DNA of 63,483 bases, the filler included. It is 4 parts of 4 records of this genome, joined end to end, with 100 filler letters (N's around TTAATTAATTAA, not from the genome) between each part and the next. Parts side by side here need not be neighbours in the genome. Positions count along the whole stretch, not along the records: positions 35,006 to 58,219 come from DRR723986_64911; 3 more parts are not named here. The stretch is one strand, 5' to 3'. Below, piece by piece: positions 39,373 to 48,594 of the stretch. Every line of letters begins with the position of its first letter. The first letter of the stretch is position 1. The position numbers were made by a program, and so were the translations under genes. Below the pieces are notes generated by a model, which saw nothing but the letters and a program-made list of their open reading frames with translations, was not told the DNA's origin and did not search any database.

Positions 39373-41262
39373 ATGAAGGAAACCAGTTTTATAAAGCAAA
39401 ATAAAAAAAAGTGGGCTCGTTTTGAGAAGCTTGCGGGTCGTAAGAACAATGACCCGGATGAGGTTTCTGAATTGTTCACTGAGATTACAGAAGATCTTTC
39501 TTATGCACGAACGTTTTACCCAAGACGATCGGTACGTGTCTATCTAAATCAGTTGGCACAAGGTGTTTTTACAAGTTTGTACAAGCAAAAAAAGCAACCA
39601 CTTGGAAATTTTATGCAATTCTGGAAAGTTTCTCTGCCTCTAGAATTGTATCGTGCAAGACGCAACATGTTAATGGCCTTTATCTTTTTTGGTCTAGCTA
39701 TAATTGTTGGTGCCGTATCACAGCACTACGATCAAAATTTTGTAGATATTATTTTGGGAGAAGGGTATGTTCGTGCTACTGAAGAGCGAATTGCTAATGG
39801 CGACCCTATGGGTGTGTATGGAGAGATGCCGCAAACTTCAATGTTTTTGAGGATAACCTTGAATAATATTATGGTGGCATTTATGACGTTTGTATTGGGG
39901 ATTTTTGCGACCATGGGAACCTATTTGATGTTGTTAAGTAATGGCATTATGTTAGGTTCTTTTCAATGGTGGTTTTACGGGAAACAATTGTTATTGACTT
40001 CTTTTTTAGCGGTATGGATTCATGGTGCTTTTGAAATTTCATCTATTGTTATTGCTGGCGGAGCGGGAATTACCGTGGGTAATGGCATCTTGTTTCCAAG
40101 GTCCTATTCAAGAGCACAATCTCTAATTTTTTCAGCTAAGCGGGGCTTGATGATCATGTTAAGTTTGGTCCCTTTTTTCATTATTGCTGGTTTCCTAGAA
40201 AGTTATGTTACTCGATATTATAATGTGATGCCAGCATGGTCTAAATGGATGATTATCTTGAGTTCATTTGGTATAATTATAGCCTATTATGTAATTTATC
40301 CGTTTTTAGTGGCACGTAAATACCCTGAAAAAATTGCAGTTAAAGAAGTGCCAAGGTTCATTCCTAAACGAAAAATAGAATGGAATAAAATTCGAAAAAC
40401 CAGTGAAGTATTTACGGACACTTTTTACTTATTCATTAAGTATGCATCCAATATCACACAACTTTTTTTCTCCATCATTTTCCCGATTTTAGTTGGTCTA
40501 TTAATTGCCATTTTTATTTTCGATTATAATGACTTCAATTATAATTTAGGTATGCTTGAATTATGGGGGACCATGTTCGGTACTGGGATTTATTTTGCGC
40601 TCTATAAATTATTGGCGTGGAGTTTAATTCTTGCCTTAATATTCTGTGCAGTGTTTTATTGTATTCAAAAAGATGAGGATGAAGGCCTTTTTTCAGGGTA
40701 TTTTAAATTTCTTGCAAAGCGTTTGGTTTGGATGTATATCTATACCCTCCTTGTGCTTAGCATTTTGATTTTTGCCCCGGGTAATCTGCTCTTTTTATTA
40801 TTGTTCGCAGCTCCATTTTTGAGTATGATTCCACCATTAATCGCCATTGAGAAAAAAGATTTTTTCACGGCTTTTGGAAATTCATTTAGTTTAGGAAAAG
40901 GTGCTTATGGCGATTCTTTGGGTTCATTTGCAATTTTTGTATTGATCTCATTAATTTTTCTTTGTACACTGAATAATCCTTTAGGGGGAGGCTTTGGAGA
41001 ATTCGATCTTATCTCCATGTTTGAGAAAATTACGGAATACATGACCATTACAGTTTTTGATGGATATGCAGTAATTAAGGCTTTTGTTTCGGCACTGATT
41101 TATTGTATTTTCTTCTTTTTTATGTTATCCATTTACGCCCTGTCTTTTTCATTCTCTTATTACTCATCCAATGAAATGAAAACCGCCAAGGGATTGTTTG
41201 AAAGATTAGAGCGATTCGGAAAGCGAAACAAAACTTTTGAAACAGAAGACGATCATGAATAA
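39373..41262 (+). CDS. SpoIIM (DUF95)-family membrane protein with an extra C-terminal multi-TM domain
   Basis: DLSYARTFYP, NNIMVAF, NGIMLGSF, WIHGAFEI, AGFLESYVTR; about 300 extra hydrophobic residues. Confidence 0.88.
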   Translation: MKETSFIKQNKKKWARFEKLAGRKNNDPDEVSELFTEITEDLSYARTFYPRRSVRVYLNQLAQGVFTSLYKQKKQPLGNFMQFWKVSLPLELYRARRNMLMAFIFFGLAIIVGAVSQHYDQNFVDIILGEGYVRATEERIANGDPMGVYGEMPQTSMFLRITLNNIMVAFMTFVLGIFATMGTYLMLLSNGIMLGSFQWWFYGKQLLLTSFLAVWIHGAFEISSIVIAGGAGITVGNGILFPRSYSRAQSLIFSAKRGLMIMLSLVPFFIIAGFLESYVTRYYNVMPAWSKWMIILSSFGIIIAYYVIYPFLVARKYPEKIAVKEVPRFIPKRKIEWNKIRKTSEVFTDTFYLFIKYASNITQLFFSIIFPILVGLLIAIFIFDYNDFNYNLGMLELWGTMFGTGIYFALYKLLAWSLILALIFCAVFYCIQKDEDEGLFSGYFKFLAKRLVWMYIYTLLVLSILIFAPGNLLFLLLFAAPFLSMIPPLIAIEKKDFFTAFGNSFSLGKGAYGDSLGSFAIFVLISLIFLCTLNNPLGGGFGEFDLISMFEKITEYMTITVFDGYAVIKAFVSALIYCIFFFFMLSIYALSFSFSYYSSNEMKTAKGLFERLERFGKRNKTFETEDDHE

Positions 41263-42073
41263 ATTGGCATTGTTCATATCGTTTTTACTGATATCCATTT
41301 GTGCCCAAGCTCAAAATGGAGATGAATTATACGACCATCAGCTTGACGAGAAAAAATGGCAAGACTTAAGAAATGGAATTCGTTATGAAGGTGTAGAGAA
41401 TGGTCCTGGTCGTCAATGGACTTATGAGTCGAACAAAGAATACAATGACGCCAAAAAAAAGTACGGTTCTGGGAATGGGAATGGTGGCGGAAATGGAAGT
41501 GGTGGTAATGGAAATGGTGGCAACGGAAGCGGAAGTGGTGAACGGCCAGACAATTCTTCAAGTTCAAGTTCTTCGTCAAGTTACGATCCGCCTTCAATGG
41601 ATGCCCCTTCGTTCAAAGGTTTTGGTGCTATAGGTTATATTCTTATGGGGATTTTAATTCTCGCATTGATATTCTTGATCTATTATCTATACATAAATGC
41701 ACCTAAGAAAGGCAAGAAAATTACAGGTGAAATAGTTTTAGAGGATGTTAACCCTGTCGAGATTCCATTGACAGAATTAGAAAGACTTTTACAAGAAGCT
41801 TTAGCCAACAAAGATTACCGTGGGGCTGTTAGAATTTACTTCATTTTTATTATCAGAGATCTTGCCCAAAAGCAATGGATTGATTGGGAAAAAGAAAAAA
41901 CAAACTTTCACTATTTGAGAGAAATGTCAGGGAAGAAAGAATTTGATGACTTCAATGTTTCAGTTAGTTTTTTTGAAATTATCTGGTACGGAAAACGAGA
42001 TTTAGACGCTACAAAATTTGAACAAATCAAACCAAATTTCACCCGATTTTTGGATGAACTAGGAGTTAAGTAA
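41255..42073 (+). CDS. DUF4129-like protein with Gly/Asn/Ser-rich linker
   Basis: DYRGAVRIYF, IDWEKEKTNFHYLRE, FEIIWYG; position in the MoxR operon; start ATG 41255. Confidence 0.75.
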   Translation: MNKLALFISFLLISICAQAQNGDELYDHQLDEKKWQDLRNGIRYEGVENGPGRQWTYESNKEYNDAKKKYGSGNGNGGGNGSGGNGNGGNGSGSGERPDNSSSSSSSSSYDPPSMDAPSFKGFGAIGYILMGILILALIFLIYYLYINAPKKGKKITGEIVLEDVNPVEIPLTELERLLQEALANKDYRGAVRIYFIFIIRDLAQKQWIDWEKEKTNFHYLREMSGKKEFDDFNVSVSFFEIIWYGKRDLDATKFEQIKPNFTRFLDELGVK

Positions 42074-43345
42074 TTGGGCAAGGCAGGTAAAATATCGATT
42101 ATAGCGGGTGTGATTATCATCTTTGTAGTATTACTTTATTTTTTTGGCGGTAAAGGAAGCAGTTCAGATACTTATATTTCTGATAATTGGACTGAGACTT
42201 TTGATCCTGATGACAAGGGTCCTTACGGCACTTTCATGTTAAAAGAATTGTTGGATACTGCTGGTATGTTTGGAAATTTCCTGAGTATTGAAAATACGCT
42301 AGAAGAGGAATTAGAAGATAATGCCAGAATCAATGACATCTATTTTTTCATTGGTCGGACCAATTATATGGAAGATTCCACTGCCGAATTTTTAATGGAT
42401 TTTGTGGAGAAGGGGAACACAGCCTTTATTGCAGCACGATCATTTCCTTACAGAATTTGCCAAGAGTTTTTTTATGATGCAGAATACCTGTTTAGTGAAA
42501 ACAGTAAAACAGACTCAGTTCAACATTTAAAGTTTTCACATCCTGAATTGAGCTCAAAGCGCTATAAATACAAGTACGTTTATAATAATAAAACAGAACA
42601 AAAAACTTGGAATCATTTTGATACAACTAATTTTTTAAGTTATTTGGATCCTCCGAGAATGATGGGGCGAAACACTAAAGATCAGGTCAATTTCATTCGC
42701 TTGCAGCATGGTGAAGGGTGGATTTATTTTCATAGTATTCCCTATTGTTTCACCAATATCTCAATGATGAAACGAGATGGTTTTATCTATGCGGAGCACA
42801 TGCTTGAGCATATTCCACATGGCCGTGTGCAATGGGATCGATATAATTTAGAATCACATTATGAATATGGAAATGATGATCCAGGGGGAGGAGAAGAGCG
42901 TAGATCTATGCTAGAATTCATCATGAAACATCCACCACTGGTGTGGGCATTGATTATTCTGCTGGTTGGTGCGATTTTGTATGCCTTGTTTAAGGGCAGA
43001 AGAATGCAAGAAGTTATTCCTGCAGCCGAATTAAAAGAGAACACTTCTATGCAGTATGTCAATACACTCTCATCACTGTATATGCAGAGCGGATCGCACA
43101 GTAAATTAATCCGTTTAAAAGAAAAAACCTTCTTGAATTTTATAGCAGAGCGCTACTATATACTAACCAAAAAAGCTGATGATAAGTTTATCGATAAAGT
43201 GGCAATTAAATCTCAAGTAGATAAAAACCTCATTGTTGATATATTTAATTTGTTTGAGCAGTTAGAGGGTATAAGTGAAGTAACTGATGACCAACTGATT
43301 ATGTTGCATCAAAAAATAGAATATTTTTATAAAAATTGTAGATAA
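42074..43345 (+). CDS. DUF4350-like membrane-anchored protein
   Basis: W.ETF...DKGPYGT, HSIPYCFTN, LFKGRRMQEVIP, NTSMQYVNTLSSLY; TTG start. Confidence 0.75.
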   Translation: MGKAGKISIIAGVIIIFVVLLYFFGGKGSSSDTYISDNWTETFDPDDKGPYGTFMLKELLDTAGMFGNFLSIENTLEEELEDNARINDIYFFIGRTNYMEDSTAEFLMDFVEKGNTAFIAARSFPYRICQEFFYDAEYLFSENSKTDSVQHLKFSHPELSSKRYKYKYVYNNKTEQKTWNHFDTTNFLSYLDPPRMMGRNTKDQVNFIRLQHGEGWIYFHSIPYCFTNISMMKRDGFIYAEHMLEHIPHGRVQWDRYNLESHYEYGNDDPGGGEERRSMLEFIMKHPPLVWALIILLVGAILYALFKGRRMQEVIPAAELKENTSMQYVNTLSSLYMQSGSHSKLIRLKEKTFLNFIAERYYILTKKADDKFIDKVAIKSQVDKNLIVDIFNLFEQLEGISEVTDDQLIMLHQKIEYFYKNCR

Positions 43346-44490
43346 TGGAAGATCAAAACAACACGAATCCTGAAGAGGAGAAAAACCAGAATGAAGGTCA
43401 AAACACAGGTGGCTCAGAAGAATCAAACTCTGGTCTAAGTTCAGGAGGAGTTGCTCCTGTTGAACGAGCTAGTTCTGTGACGCCTCCAGAAGGAAGTGGG
43501 TCATATACTCAAGAGGCTAGTCAAATGTTCAGTTCAGGATTGAATCTCGGATTCATTAATCAAAAAGTTACGAAAACACGTGAAGAGATTGGTAAATTCG
43601 TAATCGGACAGCACGATATGGTTGACTTGTTGTTAATTTCGATTTTTTCGAATGGACACGTTTTACTTGAAGGTGTTCCTGGAGTGGCAAAAACTTTAAC
43701 GGCTAAAGTGCTTTCTAAAACTTTGTCTGTTGATTTTTCAAGAATTCAGTTTACACCCGATTTAATGCCATCTGATGTAATCGGTACCTCTGTGTTTAAT
43801 CTACAGAATTCAGAGTTCACCTTTAAAAAAGGACCTGTTTTTTCAAACATTGTGTTGATTGATGAAATCAACCGTGCTCCTGCTAAAACACAAGCGGCTT
43901 TATTTGAGGTGATGGAAGAGCGTCAAATATCTTATGATGGAGAAGTGTATAAAATGGAATTTCCCTTCTTAGTGTTGGCCACTCAAAACCCAGTTGAGCA
44001 AGAAGGAACATATAATTTACCTGAAGCACAACTAGACCGTTTCTTGTTCAAAATTAAAATTGGTTACCCTTCATTGACTGAAGAGCAAGAAATATTGAAT
44101 CGATATAAGAGCAATATTAAAGCACCTTCATTGGATAGCCTTGCAGGAATTTTTACACCAAAAGACTTGAATGAAATTCAAGATATAGTAGAAAAAGTTA
44201 GAATTGAAGACCAATTATTGAGTTATATCGCTCAAATCACAGATAAAACTAGAAATCATGCGAAGTTGTATTTAGGTGGATCTCCAAGAGCTTCATTGTC
44301 AATGATGAAAGCATCTAAAGCTTTTGCTGCTATAAGAGGTAGAGATTTCGTGATTCCGGATGACGTTCAATTCGTAGCACCGCACGTGTTAAATCATAGG
44401 CTTATAATGACACCCGAAGCGGAAATGGAAGGAATTTCAACGGAGGACATTGTTCAAGAAATTATTGGAGAAGTAGAGGTGCCAAGATAG
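43345..44490 (+). CDS. MoxR family AAA+ ATPase
   Basis: HVLLEGVPGVAKT, RIQFTPDLMPSD, DEINRAPAKTQAAL, ATQNPVEQEGTYNLPEAQLDRF. Confidence 0.96.
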   Translation: MEDQNNTNPEEEKNQNEGQNTGGSEESNSGLSSGGVAPVERASSVTPPEGSGSYTQEASQMFSSGLNLGFINQKVTKTREEIGKFVIGQHDMVDLLLISIFSNGHVLLEGVPGVAKTLTAKVLSKTLSVDFSRIQFTPDLMPSDVIGTSVFNLQNSEFTFKKGPVFSNIVLIDEINRAPAKTQAALFEVMEERQISYDGEVYKMEFPFLVLATQNPVEQEGTYNLPEAQLDRFLFKIKIGYPSLTEEQEILNRYKSNIKAPSLDSLAGIFTPKDLNEIQDIVEKVRIEDQLLSYIAQITDKTRNHAKLYLGGSPRASLSMMKASKAFAAIRGRDFVIPDDVQFVAPHVLNHRLIMTPEAEMEGISTEDIVQEIIGEVEVPR

Positions 44491-44491
44491 A

Positions 44492-45820
44492 ATGCGAGTA
44501 ATCAAAGGACTATATCTTCCCTATGAGTTTTTTATCGGCTTGGTTGCGGTGGCAACCCTGTTTGTATTTGGCTTTATTTACAGTGGAATGTTTTTGGTGG
44601 CGCAGGCTGCTTTAGCCTTGTTCTTGGCATTGGCTATCCTTGAATTGTTTATTTTATTCATTAAAAAGAATCCCATTGACGGTGAAAGGGATGTCATGAA
44701 TCCACTTTCTGTTGGGGATGATAATAAGGTAAAACTAATTATTGGCAGCAATTATAGCTTTAGAATCAGAGCCATTGTTTACGATAATCCTCCCCACCAA
44801 TTACAATTGCGGGATTTAAAGTTCTCAGCAATGCTTGAAAACGAGCAAGAAGTACTGTTTGATTATGTCATCCACCCTACAGATAGAGGAGAATATAAAT
44901 TTTCAAACATCAACGTGTTTTGCTCAGGTTTAACGCATATCATTCAACGAAAAGTTGTTGTTGAAGCGAAACAAATGGTGCCGGCTTATCCTTCAATCAT
45001 CCAGATGAAGCAATACGAGCTCAAGGTATTCGCAAAAACGGCAGCCACAGGAATTAAAAAAATTAGACGACTAGGACATAACAATGAGTTTGAGCAAATT
45101 AAAAATTATGTTCAGGGTGATGATATCAGAACGGTAAACTGGAAAGCAACCTCAAGAAGAAATGAATTGATGGTGAACCAGTATCAAGATGAGCGTGAGC
45201 AACAAGTTTATGCCATTATTGATAAAAGCAGAACTATGCGGATGCCTTTCAATGAATTGACGCTTTTAGACTATGCCATCAACTCTACTTTGGCCTTCTC
45301 CAACATTTGTATTCGCAAAGGCGATAAAGTGGGTTTGATGACCTTTTCAGATAAGTTAGGTGCTAAGTTGGCAGCAGATCGTTCAAAAAATCAGCTCAGC
45401 AAAATAATGGAGATTTTGTACCGTCAAAAAACACGATTCTTAGAGTCAAATTACGAACTGCTGTATCATGGAATTCGTAATCATATTAAGGGTCGGTCAC
45501 TCATCATGTTGTACACCAACATTGAATCAGATTATGCATTGAAAAGGGTGTTACCAATGTTACGAAGAGTGAATCAAAAACATGTGTTGGTGGTCATCTT
45601 TTTTGAGAATACTGAAGTCGAAAAGGCAACTGAAATGGAGCCAAAACATGTAAGGGATATCTACCTGAAAACTTTTGCGGAGAAGTACACCATGGACAAA
45701 AAGAAAGTGGCCATGGAATTGAGGAAGAACGGTATTCAAACTGTTTTAACAACACCTGAAAATTTAACTGTGGATAGTATTAACAAATACCTGGAGCTAA
45801 AAGCAAGAGGTGTGATTTAA
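44492..45820 (+). CDS. DUF58 (vWA-like) MoxR partner protein
   Basis: EFEQIKNYVQGDDIRTVNWKATSR, IDKSRTM. Confidence 0.92.
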   Translation: MRVIKGLYLPYEFFIGLVAVATLFVFGFIYSGMFLVAQAALALFLALAILELFILFIKKNPIDGERDVMNPLSVGDDNKVKLIIGSNYSFRIRAIVYDNPPHQLQLRDLKFSAMLENEQEVLFDYVIHPTDRGEYKFSNINVFCSGLTHIIQRKVVVEAKQMVPAYPSIIQMKQYELKVFAKTAATGIKKIRRLGHNNEFEQIKNYVQGDDIRTVNWKATSRRNELMVNQYQDEREQQVYAIIDKSRTMRMPFNELTLLDYAINSTLAFSNICIRKGDKVGLMTFSDKLGAKLAADRSKNQLSKIMEILYRQKTRFLESNYELLYHGIRNHIKGRSLIMLYTNIESDYALKRVLPMLRRVNQKHVLVVIFFENTEVEKATEMEPKHVRDIYLKTFAEKYTMDKKKVAMELRKNGIQTVLTTPENLTVDSINKYLELKARGVI

Positions 45821-45831
45821 ATTTAGACATT

Positions 45832-46017
45832 ATGAGTAAAGGATTATTAGCCGTATTAATGGTGTTATGTTTTGGTGGCGCTGCTACCATGTACTCATTA
45901 GGAAATAGTAGCGGTCATATGGACGAACTATTGGATTTTTGGTTTTATCCAATTCCATTAGGTGTGATTTGTCTTTTAGGACTTATTTTTAAGAAGAAAG
46001 CCGAGGAAGAAGGATAG
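45832..46017 (+). CDS. Small two-TM hypothetical protein
   Basis: Two hydrophobic segments and a charged tail; fills the gap after DUF58. Confidence 0.6.
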   Translation: MSKGLLAVLMVLCFGGAATMYSLGNSSGHMDELLDFWFYPIPLGVICLLGLIFKKKAEEEG

Positions 46018-46019
46018 GC

Positions 46020-47885
46020 TTATCGATTTCTTTCCGTATCGATCATGTGATCAATAAAATGCAACAAATAGAGCGCTCCGTTTTCTTCAGTTGAAGGAAC
46101 TTTGGTGCTAGCTTCAATGAATGTTGATCCTCCTTTGTTGAAAAACTTGGCTGACATGCTTTGAAGGTCTTCTTGCATGGCAGTAAAAACTCTTCTCTCA
46201 CTTCTGCCTAAATCATCATAGGTCAAAATCTGCCCTAACAATGTAGGCACATCTAAATACATAGCGCCCGAATTTTTGGTCACCAATTTACTTTTATCAG
46301 CAGCTAGTTTTTCACCAGAACCGCCATTAATGAATTGCGCCAATTGTTTTTTAGAAGTTGTGGTGATTAACACTTCTTGGTCATAAGCAAAATATAAGTC
46401 GAAAGGGAAATCGTTCCATTTGTCAATCATTTTATAACCCTTGTCAACTTTTTCTAGGCCCTCGTGTTTAACACCTAGCTTGAACATTTTGTTAATTAAT
46501 CCTTCTTCTTTTGAGCCCATAAGAAAAGAGAAATCAGGTAATAATTCTATACGCGTTTTTAATTTTCGTTCATAGTTATAGTTCTCATCATAATCGTACG
46601 TATAATATTCCACTTCTTTTTTAGAAACTTCATTGAGGATAAAAAGAGCATCTCCGGTTATAGCGTTTGCAATCTTTTCCTCATCAATAATCAAAGTAAA
46701 CAAATCAGCAAAAAGACTGTATTCATCTGCCATGGTTGTATCATATCTCAACATCATTTGCTCAATGATATCTGGATATGCATTTAGCATCTCTTCAGTG
46801 TCGAAAGCGAAACTTGCAAATCCTAAATCCGAATTGCTTAAATATTTGGTGAATTGCTTATCGATTTTTTGGCTGTAGATTTTACCAAACGCATCAGCCA
46901 ATTCACCGTGATAAGTCATTTCACTCTTTACTTGGATGTCAGTTTCGTTAAGGTATAGATCGGCTGTTAATTCACCGTTGAAAAAATTCCCCATGCTAAA
47001 AAGAGAGCCATAAGGATTGTAATATCCCATGTATCTCCCATACCAGAACAGATCAAAGAATGAAATGTGATTGTCATACCATAAACTTGCGTCAGCTGAA
47101 GAATTTAATTGACCCTTGAATTGTTGGCCTTTAGTTTTGGTGTCATCAGAAAAGAAAGTAGCTGCTCTCTCCCACATTTTACTATTGACATAGGCTTCTT
47201 TTTTTGCGCGTTTCTCTTCTCGTTCTTTCTCTTTTTTCTCTCGTGCAAGACGCTCTTCTTCGGCCTTTTTTGCTTCTTTTTCTTTCACTTCATTCATGTA
47301 CGCTTCCCACTCTTCTTGAGTCATATTTTCTATGGCCTCATAATCAACCGAGACTTCGGCTGACTCAGTGGTTTCGTAGTAATAGTCATCATACCAATAA
47401 TTGTATTCATTGTATTGACGGCCAACATAATCCGCGATTAACAAGAGTGCCGTGTTCGCATTCCATATCAGTTTGCTGTCATAATCGTATGAAAGTACAT
47501 TTAACCCATTTTTAGCTTCAAAACCGTTGTGCTCCATTTTTTCTTTTACCACTTTTTCGAAAGATTCTAGATCATTGATGTGGTAGGTGAAATAAGACAT
47601 ATTTACATCTGTATCATTCTCATAGGCAAAATACATGCTTTGATTGTAGTCAACTCCAAATCCATCTAGGTTTACAACAGGAACTTTTCTTCTAAAAAAT
47701 TCATCCAACAATTCTTTGAATAAGCTTGAATTATCTATATCTCTTGTAGATACTTTTTGCATGGTAACCGCTCCGTTGATAACAAATACAAAGGATGCCT
47801 TGTCATTAATTTTCTCTTTCAAATCTTGAGAAAAAGCAAAATTGCTGGTTGTAAAAAGTATTAAGGATAAAATGAAATGCTTCAT
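46020..47885 (-). CDS. Exported hypothetical protein (DUF4836-like) with charged coiled-coil insert
   Basis: Signal peptide; IDEEKIANAITGDALF, YYTYDYDENY. Confidence 0.6.
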   Translation of the reverse strand: MKHFILSLILFTTSNFAFSQDLKEKINDKASFVFVINGAVTMQKVSTRDIDNSSLFKELLDEFFRRKVPVVNLDGFGVDYNQSMYFAYENDTDVNMSYFTYHINDLESFEKVVKEKMEHNGFEAKNGLNVLSYDYDSKLIWNANTALLLIADYVGRQYNEYNYWYDDYYYETTESAEVSVDYEAIENMTQEEWEAYMNEVKEKEAKKAEEERLAREKKEKEREEKRAKKEAYVNSKMWERAATFFSDDTKTKGQQFKGQLNSSADASLWYDNHISFFDLFWYGRYMGYYNPYGSLFSMGNFFNGELTADLYLNETDIQVKSEMTYHGELADAFGKIYSQKIDKQFTKYLSNSDLGFASFAFDTEEMLNAYPDIIEQMMLRYDTTMADEYSLFADLFTLIIDEEKIANAITGDALFILNEVSKKEVEYYTYDYDENYNYERKLKTRIELLPDFSFLMGSKEEGLINKMFKLGVKHEGLEKVDKGYKMIDKWNDFPFDLYFAYDQEVLITTTSKKQLAQFINGGSGEKLAADKSKLVTKNSGAMYLDVPTLLGQILTYDDLGRSERRVFTAMQEDLQSMSAKFFNKGGSTFIEASTKVPSTEENGALYLLHFIDHMIDTERNR

Positions 47886-48547
47886 TTGAGTTTTATTTCG
47901 TGGTTGAGATACTGACCGTTTTCGGTAAGTTTTAAAACGTCTAATTTACTAAAAGCAGTTAACTTGTCCTTAGACATTTTACCATAGACTGATTTTAAAC
48001 TATCTATTTCACCTTGAAATCTATATAGACAGGTATATGTTGCTCCAACAAAAATTACTTTTTGACCGTCCGTCATTTTTGAGTACTGTTCTTTGAGTAA
48101 GTCATCTCCTTTACGTTTAAAAATTTTATTTGAACGAGAGTAACTGAAGTACTTTTCGTTTAAATTCAAGTCTTGATTGTCGGCGCCTTTGACAGAATCC
48201 ATAACTGCATTTAGGTTTTCAACCTCTTTAAAATCACATTGGTAAGTGAAAATAAAATTATCTAGATCAGATTGACTTTTAACATTACTAATACCGGATA
48301 CATTTTTTGTTTTATTGACGACTTTCTGAAATTCGTATCTAATTTTCTCTTTGCTGGGCACAGCTTGTCCTTCAACTTCATCCATTAATAGTAATGATTT
48401 GATTTTGCTTGAACTTTGACTGAAGTTGATGATGTATTTTAATTGACCAGACCCATCAGCTTGAAGTTTCACTTCTTCAATGATTTCAAAGCATCCTGTC
48501 AAGGTAAAGCTAATTGTAATAATGAGTATAAAATGAAGGCGTCTCAT
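47882..48547 (-). CDS. Hypothetical lipoprotein
   Basis: Lipobox LTGC followed by FEIIEEV.L..DGSG. Confidence 0.75.
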   Translation of the reverse strand: MRRLHFILIITISFTLTGCFEIIEEVKLQADGSGQLKYIINFSQSSSKIKSLLLMDEVEGQAVPSKEKIRYEFQKVVNKTKNVSGISNVKSQSDLDNFIFTYQCDFKEVENLNAVMDSVKGADNQDLNLNEKYFSYSRSNKIFKRKGDDLLKEQYSKMTDGQKVIFVGATYTCLYRFQGEIDSLKSVYGKMSKDKLTAFSKLDVLKLTENGQYLNHEIKLK

Positions 48548-48594
48548 TGTTTTTTATAGAATTGTTGACAACAATTAGACCAAGAAGAATATGA

